Source: a virus. From it: 64,000 bases of DNA. Position numbers and translations under genes: made by a program. The stretch's first letter is position 1. Each line of letters begins with the position of its first letter. The notes beneath the pieces were generated by a model that was given only the letters and a program-made list of their open reading frames with translations, searched no databases and had not been told where the DNA came from. Positions 18,668 to 27,685 of the stretch are shown here, in pieces. The DNA lies in IMG/VR virus record IMGVR_UViG_3300027628_000012; one strand, written 5' to 3'.

Positions 18668-21600
18668 TCAAAGGAACCCATTTACAAAATTGTTTTTTTG
18701 TTGCTCGTTCCATGGTGTGAATCCTTCTGAAAAATTCCCTTTTTGTCCCGTCATTTGTCTAGTTAAAGGATTATCAAGTTTATCTTTCATTCCTAAAATT
18801 GTCGCTTCTCCAATGGTGCGTGTAGCGTCCCTATATGAGGAGGTTTCAAGCCAGTTTTGAGAAGCAAGATCTACTGTAGATACTCCGCTTAACGTTTGGT
18901 CAAATTGCAATGGTTTCTTTTGTACTTTAATATGAGGACGGTTTTTCAACTGTTCCCATGCAGATTCTGTAATAATGCTTCCTTTTTTTACAATAATTTT
19001 CATTGGATTTCGTATGTCGCTATAATCTTGAGCTGCAATCGCTCCAATGACATTCATTCTGTTCGCATAATCCGTGGGAACGGAAACTACTTTACCTGCT
19101 TGTTGATTGTACTTATTCAAAACCTTCACAGGGACTACCTGACCGCTAGCAAATGGAGACGTTCCTGGATCAGTTACAACAGCTTTGCCCATTAGGTTAG
19201 AAGTGGCCACTTCATAATGGCGTCGGTCTGTATTCGTGATATCCCCTTTGCGATATGCTTCTTCCAAGCTATCAGTTAGATACTGTTTTGCAACATCAGG
19301 ACCTTGGTACATAAGCACATCATGAGGATTACGAATCGTTACACGATCACCGTTTGCATCAAACTCTTTCGTAAGAAGGTCACCACGTTTAATCGATACA
19401 CCTTCTTTTACATAATCCGCAAGCGGTTTTTTATTAAGCTTATATTTTTTCTTATCAACCGTTACAATCGTTCCAGTTAGCGGATCTTTTGTAATACTTG
19501 TGATGACTCCATCTTTCTCAGCGATAACTGCCTCTACTTCAGAGTTTGTAAGATTCTTAGGCAAACGTAGAATCTCTTGAATACGGTCAAATGCACCTGA
19601 TGCACTACTCTGTGCACCACCGACATGGAACGCCTTCATAATGGCCTGCTGACTCGGCTCTCCAAGCGCTTGGGCAGCGATTGAACCAATTGGACTACCA
19701 ATCTCTACGAGGTCGTTTGTCGTGCCGCCTGGTCTAGTTCCGTAGCATTTCTGGCATACACCAGAAGAAGACTTACAAGTTAATGGACTACGCACATTTA
19801 CCTTGCCTTTTGCTCGGGTACGAATCATCTCCTCTTGTTGAACAGTAAGAGGGCGGCCAGTGGCTTTGATAGATCCTCCTTTATCTAATGGAACGTCTTT
19901 TAGAAGGACACGACCATGAATGGCACGCTTATCAGCATCAACATTCATATCTAAATTAACTCCAATCGTATCTCCGCAATCTTTTTCAGAAATAACTGTT
20001 CCTTTATTCGTCATCCATAACTCACGAGTTAAAGCTCCAGGCTTCTCAGATTCAATTGATTTATCGAGAATACCTTTCCGGCTATCATAAGATAAATCCC
20101 AGAACTGATCTGGTGTTAATCCATCTAAGTGGGAAGCGTTGATAGGTCGAGTCATTTCACCTGTTACACTTTTACCGACACCTAGAATACCGCTCATTGC
20201 GTTAATTTGGCCAGCGTTACCCCTTGCACCAGAAGACCTCATAATTTCTATAGGGTTATTAGGGTCAAGGCTGTTTTCAATAAGCTGTTTCATCTGACCT
20301 TGAACAATTTGAGACTTCTCTTGTTCCATCGCATCCTGAGCATCAATCATACCGCTTGCTAGCTTATCCTTATACTTTTCTTTAAGCTGCTTATCAGCAG
20401 CAGCAAACAGTCCATCCTTATCAATCTTCCGTACTTCATCAAAGTCTCTAAATCCAATACTAATGCCCGATGTAGTAGCAGAGTGGAAGCCTACATTTTG
20501 TAGACGATTGATTGTTTCAACAGCTTTCATTGTTCCACCACCGCTTTGAGCATTGATAATGTCCATTAAGATGTTTTCCATCTTCTTTTTATTGATGTCC
20601 ACATTATCTTTATAGTTCTGGAAGCCACGAGGTAAGCTGAGATTAAAAATGTGACGACCTGCAGTAGACGTTACTTGACCTAGACCAGGTACATTCATTC
20701 TGACAGCATCATACGTTTTCACTTCACCTTTATGGTAAGCAGCTTCTAAATCTTTTAGTGACTTAAACTCTTTAGGAGTGCCTTCGGGCATGCGATCACG
20801 TGTCATATAGTAAATACCTAATTGCATCTCATGTTTTAAATCGGTTATTAAACTATTATTTGTAGGGTTTAATAAATTTTTAGATGGTAAAAGTTTTTCT
20901 TCCGCTTCTTTAATTGCATCCGTTGTAATCGGAAGGTGAACAGCCATCGTGTCCCCGTCAAAATCAGCATTGAAAGCTGTTGTTACTACAGGGTTTAAAC
21001 CAATTGCACGTTTCTTTACGCCATCTTCATTCCACAAAATTTTAGGATAAAAAGCTTGCAAGGAATGTCGGTGTAGAGAAGGTTGACGATTTAAGATTAC
21101 CGGACGAGCGGCAGATACTTTTTCTAATGCACGACGATACTCAGGTGTATGATGCGTCATGAACTTTTTAATTTCTTTCGTGGAATATCTCTGTTTCTGC
21201 AATTCTCTCAAAATAAGCGGCTGGAACATTTCAGCAGCCATATCCTCTGGAAGGGCTACTTCATCTAGTTTAAGTGTAGGGTCAACAGCAATTACAGAAC
21301 GTCCAGAATAATCTTGAAGCTTTGTTTGCATCTTCGAACGAACAAAGCCACGTTTTGATTTCAATGTATGCATGATCCCTTTAATATCTTGGTCACGCTT
21401 ATCATCTTTAAATGCAGGACCAACGCCAATAATGTTCTTAATCGAATTGTAGTAATCAGACTTCGCACCGCTATATACGGAACGATCCCATTTGAGAGGG
21501 TCACTGCTTTCCGCTTTTTTCTTATACTCTTCATTCTGTTTAAGTAGGTTTTGATAAAGTTGAGAAATCCCATCTTCAGCAAATGTCTTACCACCATTCA

Positions 21601-24600
21601 TTGAAAGAGGTTTGCGGTATTTGAGTGGAAGTACTGGTACAGATTCCATTAGAAAATCTGTTGGTTCTAATCCCTTGTCTAAAGCACGAGATAGAGCCAT
21701 CACATGCTTTTGTGCTAAAGAACGTTCTGGAACTGTTCTAGCCTCTTTTAAACGCTGTTCAGCATTTTTTAATTCTGTTGTTAAATCTACACCTTCCACT
21801 AAACGAGTAAGTGCAGATCCGCCAGTGTCAGCCGTAACATCTTTTCCTGCAAGCTGAAGCTTATCCAACTCAGTCATATCGACTAATTGATTTTCCTCAA
21901 GTCCTGAATCTTTTGGATCGAATACAACAAACTTTTTACCATTTACAATCTCTTTAATATCTTTCTGGCGCAATCCTTTTGAAAGCAGCATTGCTTCATA
22001 AGGACGTGAACCTTGATCGCTTTCTAAGAAGAGAGGATTTGGAACAGGTTCAATTAAATCAATGCGGCCCCAATGATCTCCGTTTTCTCCAAAAATAGTG
22101 GGATCATAAATACCGCCATCAGCAAACGTATTTGTTCGTGCCTTTAATCCTTTCGCTGTAGTGACAGGAGCAGCACCTAATTTCTTCAGTTCATCCCGTT
22201 TCATAGGGTTCAACATTAGCTCAGTGAACTTATCATCTAAGGTTACTTCCTTATCATCACGTAGCGGCGTCATACTTACACCAGCTGCATATAGCTTATC
22301 TTGCAGCACTTTAAGCGATTGTGGAGTTACAGGGTCAGGAACAGGAACACCTTTACGAATAGCATTAAAGATTTCAGCACGTTTCTTTTTGTCGCCAGCA
22401 CCATCAGACTTTAACGTAGTCATTTCGTGAATATTGTGTACCGCTCCAGCAGAGGTTAATGACCAGAACTCCATACCACCGACACCCTGCGGATTGTGGC
22501 GATCTCCATCAATGTTACCGCTCGTTTTACGAGGTGACTGTAATTCTTCACTAATTGCACCACGCATATTCCGCTGCGTAATCTTTCCTTCAACCTTATG
22601 TTTTAGCTTTAAGATATACATTGGTCCCACAGTTACAGGATTTTCATAGGGTTTACCTGTTTCAGGGTTGATTAAGGTTTGCTTACCGTCCGGCATACCA
22701 ATGTCTTTTAACTCCTGTTCTAGCTTTTCACGTTGACTAGAATCGAAGTTTAAAACATTGTATGAAGATTTACCTTTCTTCTCAGCAACTAAGCCAGCAT
22801 TGACTTCTAGAAGCTGTCCGATATTTTTTCGACTCGGAACGGCAAGAGGGGAGAAGATTAACTCAATGGGTTTACCATCGGTTTGGTGAGGCATCTCTTT
22901 ATCTGGAACAATCTTAGTAATTGTCCCTTTATTACCATGACGACCACTCAGCTTATCCCCGACCTCCATAGGTTTGAAGGAAAGGAGCTTGATTTGAGCT
23001 TTTAAGTTACCTTCACTAGTAGGTGTCACATTTACGCTAATGACCTTCCCTTTTTGATAACCAACGACTTTTCGGCTCACATCCTTATATATATCAGACG
23101 GTAATTCGATGATTTTGTTTCGCATCATGCGACGAATATCTTTTTGACCAGCAGATAGGTCTTCTTTTTCTTTTACCTTAACAGCGGCTACAAGATAATC
23201 TCCGGCAGTTACATCCGTTCCTTTTTTAATAATCCCGTTTTCATCTAGTTTGCCTAGAATACCCGGAGAAACATGCAGATCCTTTAGCAGCTTCTTAGCT
23301 TCAGGTGTACCGAACTTCACTTTGCCTTCCTGGTTCTCTAATTCAAATTCAATCGTCTTAACTTCTTCACTTGCCATTTTCTTTGCAAAGCCCTCTGAAA
23401 CTACTACACCATCCTCAAAGTTGTAGCCTTGCCAAGGCATGTAGGCAACGCGGATATTACGTCCAAGTGCTAGCTTTCCGTCCTTAGATTGCCATCCGTC
23501 AGCAAGTAATTGATCTTTTTTGACCTTATCACCAACTTGTACAACAGGCTTGTGGTGAATGTAACCACCGGATTTCCCCGTGGTAAAATAATTCAGTTTC
23601 TTTACTTTCTCTGTTCCGCTGCCTGTATCAACTTCGATATAATCATCGGTAATTTTCTTTACCGTTCCAGCAACAGGAGAACGTAGGATATTAGAAGCTC
23701 GTTCTGCCATTTCTTCTTCAACCGTTTTACCTGTTACAGGATCAGAAACACTTTGTACAAGGGGAGCTTCAGGGTTTTCAAGACTAAGAGATTGCTTCTG
23801 CATACCTGCGCCCATTAACATACGCGCACCATCGTTATGGCTTCCAAAAGGGATAAGAGCAGTCGAATGACTCATGTGGGCAGAGGAGCTGGAGTCGATT
23901 AACGTTACTTTGTTGCGGGGGACATTTTCGAATCTACCTTTATGACGAACTCGAACAGTATCATTCTTAAAACCTGTGATTCTACCATTATCGTCTTTCG
24001 AAAGGGTAGGAGGGGTGTTGAATGCAATGTATTCCTCGAATTCATCGAGCGGATCAATATCATCAATCACTTTAGAGGTATCAATCTTACCATTGGTCAC
24101 TCGGTAAAATTTAGAGTAGAGACGACCATTTTTAACTGTTGCTCCAGATGCAAAATGTTGCACTAATCCCATTCGTTGAGATTGTGGCGTTTCAACCGCA
24201 TCAATTTTAGCAAACGCTGTATCTTGTAGGTTACGATTATAGTTAGAAGCGGCACGGGTAGATAAACCGCCAGTACCTAAAGAAGTCACCTTATAAAGCT
24301 TTTGGTGGAGGTCTAAAGGATTCGATGTATCAACTAATTCAGCAATGTCACTTTGATAGAGCTGTTTTGTACCTTTATAAATATATTGGTCAGGCTTTGC
24401 GTTCATCGTCTGACGCTTTTGTTCATTCATATCCGTATATGTTATGCGGCGAAGACGGTTATTAATCCATTCTCTAATACCTTTTCGGACATATTCCCCA
24501 ACTGTATCTTCTGGCGATTTGATTTCTTTAAAACGGAAATCGTCAGGATCTGGGGAAACACCAGGCTTCTTATACTCTTTTACAAGTTGAGAGATGGTTC

Positions 24601-25393
24601 CTAAAAGGGCAGTTGCATCAAATGAACTAGCACTTTCACCAATCGTTTGCTTATTTAATTTCTGAGAGTCTTCGCTGAATGTAAGGTTATTATTCATGAA
24701 GTCTAGGATTTGTTGCTTTGCTTCTTCATCACCAGGAAACTCTTTTGCAAAAAAAGCACCATAGATTTTACGTGGTGAAGTAGTAGTAGCGTTCTTCATA
24801 AATGAATTGTAAAGTGTTTCATTATTAATCGCCTGCTTAATTTGATCATCAGTTACACCTAGAAATCTTAGAAAGGGAATAACGTCGATTTGGCCAGGAC
24901 TTGTTTTACCATAGTCCATGGATAAATCGGATATTTTCATTTGCCCTCTATTTGTATCGAAATCAATTTTGAAGCGCTGATAGCCAGCTCTTACATCAGC
25001 TGTGAGCATTTGAGTGCGATTGACGTTACGAACAGGGCGTACAAAGATACCGTTTCGTCTTTGCATGCGATTTAATACAACAATTTCATTACCTGCAGTT
25101 ACATAGCTGCCTCGATCTGTTGGATAAGGGACACGTGTTAAAATCGTTTTCTGTGACTTAACAAGCTTATCTTTAAAGTAAACTTCAACCGTACCACGTA
25201 CCACTGCTTCAATAGAATCATCGTTTAAAAAGGCTTTTTGTTGGTCTTCATATGTGACGGAAGGCTCTTTGATTTCAATATCTTTCACTTCAAAACGATA
25301 ATCTCCGCGTTCAAAAGGAAATGCATTGTTGAATTCGTTGATTACATTAGCCTTTAATTTGGCAACTGCCTGTTCATGATTAAACTTTTCCAT
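18668..25393 (-). CDS. rpoBC: Single-chain fused beta-beta' multisubunit-type DNA-directed RNA polymerase (2241 aa)
   Basis: Beta motifs RMLMGAGMQKQ, GYNFEDG, GDKLSGRHGNKG, LKLKHKVEGK, GMEFWSL. Beta' motifs DYSGRSVI, LNRQPSLHR, catalytic NADFDGD (20951-20971), SGARG, CKSSSGVCQKCYG Zn site, trigger loop GEPSQQAIMKAFHVGG. Confidence 0.97.
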   Translation of the reverse strand: MEKFNHEQAVAKLKANVINEFNNAFPFERGDYRFEVKDIEIKEPSVTYEDQQKAFLNDDSIEAVVRGTVEVYFKDKLVKSQKTILTRVPYPTDRGSYVTAGNEIVVLNRMQRRNGIFVRPVRNVNRTQMLTADVRAGYQRFKIDFDTNRGQMKISDLSMDYGKTSPGQIDVIPFLRFLGVTDDQIKQAINNETLYNSFMKNATTTSPRKIYGAFFAKEFPGDEEAKQQILDFMNNNLTFSEDSQKLNKQTIGESASSFDATALLGTISQLVKEYKKPGVSPDPDDFRFKEIKSPEDTVGEYVRKGIREWINNRLRRITYTDMNEQKRQTMNAKPDQYIYKGTKQLYQSDIAELVDTSNPLDLHQKLYKVTSLGTGGLSTRAASNYNRNLQDTAFAKIDAVETPQSQRMGLVQHFASGATVKNGRLYSKFYRVTNGKIDTSKVIDDIDPLDEFEEYIAFNTPPTLSKDDNGRITGFKNDTVRVRHKGRFENVPRNKVTLIDSSSSAHMSHSTALIPFGSHNDGARMLMGAGMQKQSLSLENPEAPLVQSVSDPVTGKTVEEEMAERASNILRSPVAGTVKKITDDYIEVDTGSGTEKVKKLNYFTTGKSGGYIHHKPVVQVGDKVKKDQLLADGWQSKDGKLALGRNIRVAYMPWQGYNFEDGVVVSEGFAKKMASEEVKTIEFELENQEGKVKFGTPEAKKLLKDLHVSPGILGKLDENGIIKKGTDVTAGDYLVAAVKVKEKEDLSAGQKDIRRMMRNKIIELPSDIYKDVSRKVVGYQKGKVISVNVTPTSEGNLKAQIKLLSFKPMEVGDKLSGRHGNKGTITKIVPDKEMPHQTDGKPIELIFSPLAVPSRKNIGQLLEVNAGLVAEKKGKSSYNVLNFDSSQREKLEQELKDIGMPDGKQTLINPETGKPYENPVTVGPMYILKLKHKVEGKITQRNMRGAISEELQSPRKTSGNIDGDRHNPQGVGGMEFWSLTSAGAVHNIHEMTTLKSDGAGDKKKRAEIFNAIRKGVPVPDPVTPQSLKVLQDKLYAAGVSMTPLRDDKEVTLDDKFTELMLNPMKRDELKKLGAAPVTTAKGLKARTNTFADGGIYDPTIFGENGDHWGRIDLIEPVPNPLFLESDQGSRPYEAMLLSKGLRQKDIKEIVNGKKFVVFDPKDSGLEENQLVDMTELDKLQLAGKDVTADTGGSALTRLVEGVDLTTELKNAEQRLKEARTVPERSLAQKHVMALSRALDKGLEPTDFLMESVPVLPLKYRKPLSMNGGKTFAEDGISQLYQNLLKQNEEYKKKAESSDPLKWDRSVYSGAKSDYYNSIKNIIGVGPAFKDDKRDQDIKGIMHTLKSKRGFVRSKMQTKLQDYSGRSVIAVDPTLKLDEVALPEDMAAEMFQPLILRELQKQRYSTKEIKKFMTHHTPEYRRALEKVSAARPVILNRQPSLHRHSLQAFYPKILWNEDGVKKRAIGLNPVVTTAFNADFDGDTMAVHLPITTDAIKEAEEKLLPSKNLLNPTNNSLITDLKHEMQLGIYYMTRDRMPEGTPKEFKSLKDLEAAYHKGEVKTYDAVRMNVPGLGQVTSTAGRHIFNLSLPRGFQNYKDNVDINKKKMENILMDIINAQSGGGTMKAVETINRLQNVGFHSATTSGISIGFRDFDEVRKIDKDGLFAAADKQLKEKYKDKLASGMIDAQDAMEQEKSQIVQGQMKQLIENSLDPNNPIEIMRSSGARGNAGQINAMSGILGVGKSVTGEMTRPINASHLDGLTPDQFWDLSYDSRKGILDKSIESEKPGALTRELWMTNKGTVISEKDCGDTIGVNLDMNVDADKRAIHGRVLLKDVPLDKGGSIKATGRPLTVQQEEMIRTRAKGKVNVRSPLTCKSSSGVCQKCYGTRPGGTTNDLVEIGSPIGSIAAQALGEPSQQAIMKAFHVGGAQSSASGAFDRIQEILRLPKNLTNSEVEAVIAEKDGVITSITKDPLTGTIVTVDKKKYKLNKKPLADYVKEGVSIKRGDLLTKEFDANGDRVTIRNPHDVLMYQGPDVAKQYLTDSLEEAYRKGDITNTDRRHYEVATSNLMGKAVVTDPGTSPFASGQVVPVKVLNKYNQQAGKVVSVPTDYANRMNVIGAIAAQDYSDIRNPMKIIVKKGSIITESAWEQLKNRPHIKVQKKPLQFDQTLSGVSTVDLASQNWLETSSYRDATRTIGEATILGMKDKLDNPLTRQMTGQKGNFSEGFTPWNEQQKNNFVNGFL

Positions 25394-25725
25394 TATGCAC
25401 GACCTACCTTCCTTTTTCTAACTTGGTAATCCACTACAACAATTGAACCGTCTTCTGTAGGGAAAACATGTTGCTTTATAATACGTACATCTTTATCTTG
25501 CAGCAGTTCATCAAGCTGATGATCATCCTGTTCAACCCGGAATCGCTTCAGATAACGTTTGAATTTGGTTTCTCGTTCTTCGCATGGAGAGAATCGTAAG
25601 TTTGCTGTGGTGTAGCCCGTTTCAAACGAGCAGGAGATTTTTAGGGAGATTAAGCGCAGACAAGGGTTGTTGAGAAGTTCGTTTGCATTGGAGGCGTAGA
25701 TTGATAAGTCAAATACACGAAACAT
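25393..25725 (-). CDS. Hypothetical protein (110 aa) between portal and RNAP
   Basis: ATG 25725 one nt after the portal stop; its TAA overlaps the RNAP ATG (TAATG). Confidence 0.65.
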   Translation of the reverse strand: MFRVFDLSIYASNANELLNNPCLRLISLKISCSFETGYTTANLRFSPCEERETKFKRYLKRFRVEQDDHQLDELLQDKDVRIIKQHVFPTEDGSIVVVDYQVRKRKVGRA

Positions 25726-25726
25726 C

Positions 25727-27685
25727 TTACACGCCACCTTCACGACGAGGAGGAAGTTGTGTTGGCATTGGCCTCATATCCGTTTCTGTTCCTTCCTCAG
25801 CTTGTAATTGATTATAGAACATTAAAGCGCGTTGTGCTGTAGCTTGAGGGAGCTTAGAGATAGCATTTGCCCTCTGCGCTTCCGACATGTTCATAAATTC
25901 CTGCGCAATCTTTAATGCTTCTCGGTTTTGAGTTCCACCACTACCAGAGCGTCCCTTAGGCTCTTCCCTGCGCTCCCCTTCTCCTGGGGTAGATGGTTGT
26001 CCGGTTGGTTGGTCAGATGGTTGTCCCTGCTGAGGAGTGCCCTCTTGTTGAGGATCTTCTTCAGATTCATATGCACCAGGAGCCGGTTCAGGAATTTGAG
26101 GACCGTTAGCTGGGTCAACTGGCGGCATCTGTCCTTTTTCTGCTGCTATTTGCTGCATTTTTTCATTCATATCCATTTGACTCAGTTGCAACTCGAATTG
26201 CTCTTGAAGCTTACGCAAGCGCTCAGATTGTAGCTGCTTGACAACCTTTGTAGAATCTAATCCGAGAACTTTCTCGTACATGATTTCGTCTGGAAGTTTT
26301 CCTTGTTGATTAAGGTTAATCATTAGCTGTTTTTGTTGGATGTCATCTTGCATTTTTAATTCACTAAGCTGTACTTTTACAAGCTTTTCGTTATCATCAA
26401 TGGTTTCCCATTCGCCACGAATTTCCGCTAATCGTTTAATAAGGAAATTGTTAATGTAGTGGAGTAGTTTTGTGCGGTAGGTGATGAAGTGATTCTCAAG
26501 GATACGTAAAGAGGTGGTAGAACCGGAGTAAGAGACACCGCCGAAGATAAATTCTCGTGGAACTCCCATAGCAGCAAGGATGGTTTCTTGCAGCTGTTCC
26601 AATTCAGGGACGAGAAGTAATGCTTTCCCTTGACCGCCATGTTGGATTTGTTGAATAGGGAGGGGGCTGATAATTTGATAGTTTGGATCATCAAGCTGTT
26701 TTTTTAACTCAGAGGCAAAGTCATTAGCAATATCAGCAAAATCCATTCCAGGAGAAAATTCTTGAGTTTCGTTAAAGTAATAGATACGGCGGGGCACTAT
26801 ATGTTCATAAGCCAGCGCCTCTTGAGCCTGTCGTAAAACGTTGCTATAGAGTATAAGCTTCATAGCATGGAGAACGGGGGGAGTAGCCCAAAGTCCATCA
26901 TCACCAGATTCAGAAGGCATTTGCATGTGATACACGTATTCGCTTTTCAACCTTACAAGGCCACGCTTCGCAACCGCATCCTTAAAGATTTTTGGTATCT
27001 TATCGTATTTTTCTTTCGGCTTTTGCGTTTTAATAACTCGCTTTAATTCAGGAGGGATATCATAGAAGTACATTTTCTCTCCTGATTTTGGGTCTTTATC
27101 AATCTTTAAACGGGTGAGATCAAGTCGTTGCACGCTTTTCCATACAACTTCTTTCTTCTGAATAATCTCACCTGTTTCAGGTACTCGACGCTTAACGATC
27201 TTAACGCCGGGTTCAGCAAAAACAACCATGTTACCGTATAAGAAATAGTCATAGCCGACTTCGTTCATATGAGTATATAAATCTATATCTTCACTTAAAA
27301 TCTCGTCATAGAATTTATATGTCTCACTTGGCTCTTCACTATCTGTATCATTGGTGTCTACGTCCTTTTGGTCAGCCTCTTCTGTATCATCAAGTATCCA
27401 ATCCGTGATTGGAAAGGTAGCGAGAGAACGAACAGCGGAACCAATCAAAGGGTCAAACTTGAAAAAATATCTACACCATTTAAAAATCTCTTTATAATCA
27501 TCGGGAATTTGCATATCTCCTAGTGTAAGGAAGGAGGAGCGGTACTGTTTATAAGCGTTGTTGCTCATTGTTGAGTTAGGATGAGCAACCTTTACGTGAC
27601 CGCTAGATGTTCCCGTCAATTTATCTACAAATTTAGCCATTTTCTCTTCCATTTTGGAAATATCATTTTGTTGATCTTTATCCAC
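25727..27685 (-). CDS. Probable phage portal protein
   Basis: 652 aa; DPLIGSAV, DYFLYGN, ILAAMGVPREFIFGG and coiled-coil/Gln-Pro-rich C-terminus typical of portals; lies in the terminase block. Confidence 0.7.
   Translation of the reverse strand: MDKDQQNDISKMEEKMAKFVDKLTGTSSGHVKVAHPNSTMSNNAYKQYRSSFLTLGDMQIPDDYKEIFKWCRYFFKFDPLIGSAVRSLATFPITDWILDDTEEADQKDVDTNDTDSEEPSETYKFYDEILSEDIDLYTHMNEVGYDYFLYGNMVVFAEPGVKIVKRRVPETGEIIQKKEVVWKSVQRLDLTRLKIDKDPKSGEKMYFYDIPPELKRVIKTQKPKEKYDKIPKIFKDAVAKRGLVRLKSEYVYHMQMPSESGDDGLWATPPVLHAMKLILYSNVLRQAQEALAYEHIVPRRIYYFNETQEFSPGMDFADIANDFASELKKQLDDPNYQIISPLPIQQIQHGGQGKALLLVPELEQLQETILAAMGVPREFIFGGVSYSGSTTSLRILENHFITYRTKLLHYINNFLIKRLAEIRGEWETIDDNEKLVKVQLSELKMQDDIQQKQLMINLNQQGKLPDEIMYEKVLGLDSTKVVKQLQSERLRKLQEQFELQLSQMDMNEKMQQIAAEKGQMPPVDPANGPQIPEPAPGAYESEEDPQQEGTPQQGQPSDQPTGQPSTPGEGERREEPKGRSGSGGTQNREALKIAQEFMNMSEAQRANAISKLPQATAQRALMFYNQLQAEEGTETDMRPMPTQLPPRREGGV

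Noticed and set aside
18896-24604. Plus-strand ORFs of 70-99 aa antisense to the RNAP, and similar antisense ORFs across the window
   Set aside because: No RBS or motifs; expected shadow ORFs.
18668-25393. Intron or intein in the RNAP, or a sequencing-error fusion of rpoB and rpoC
   Set aside because: Single open frame with colinear motifs, no intein C...HN signature, and a short natural-looking linker with no stop or RBS remnant at the junction.
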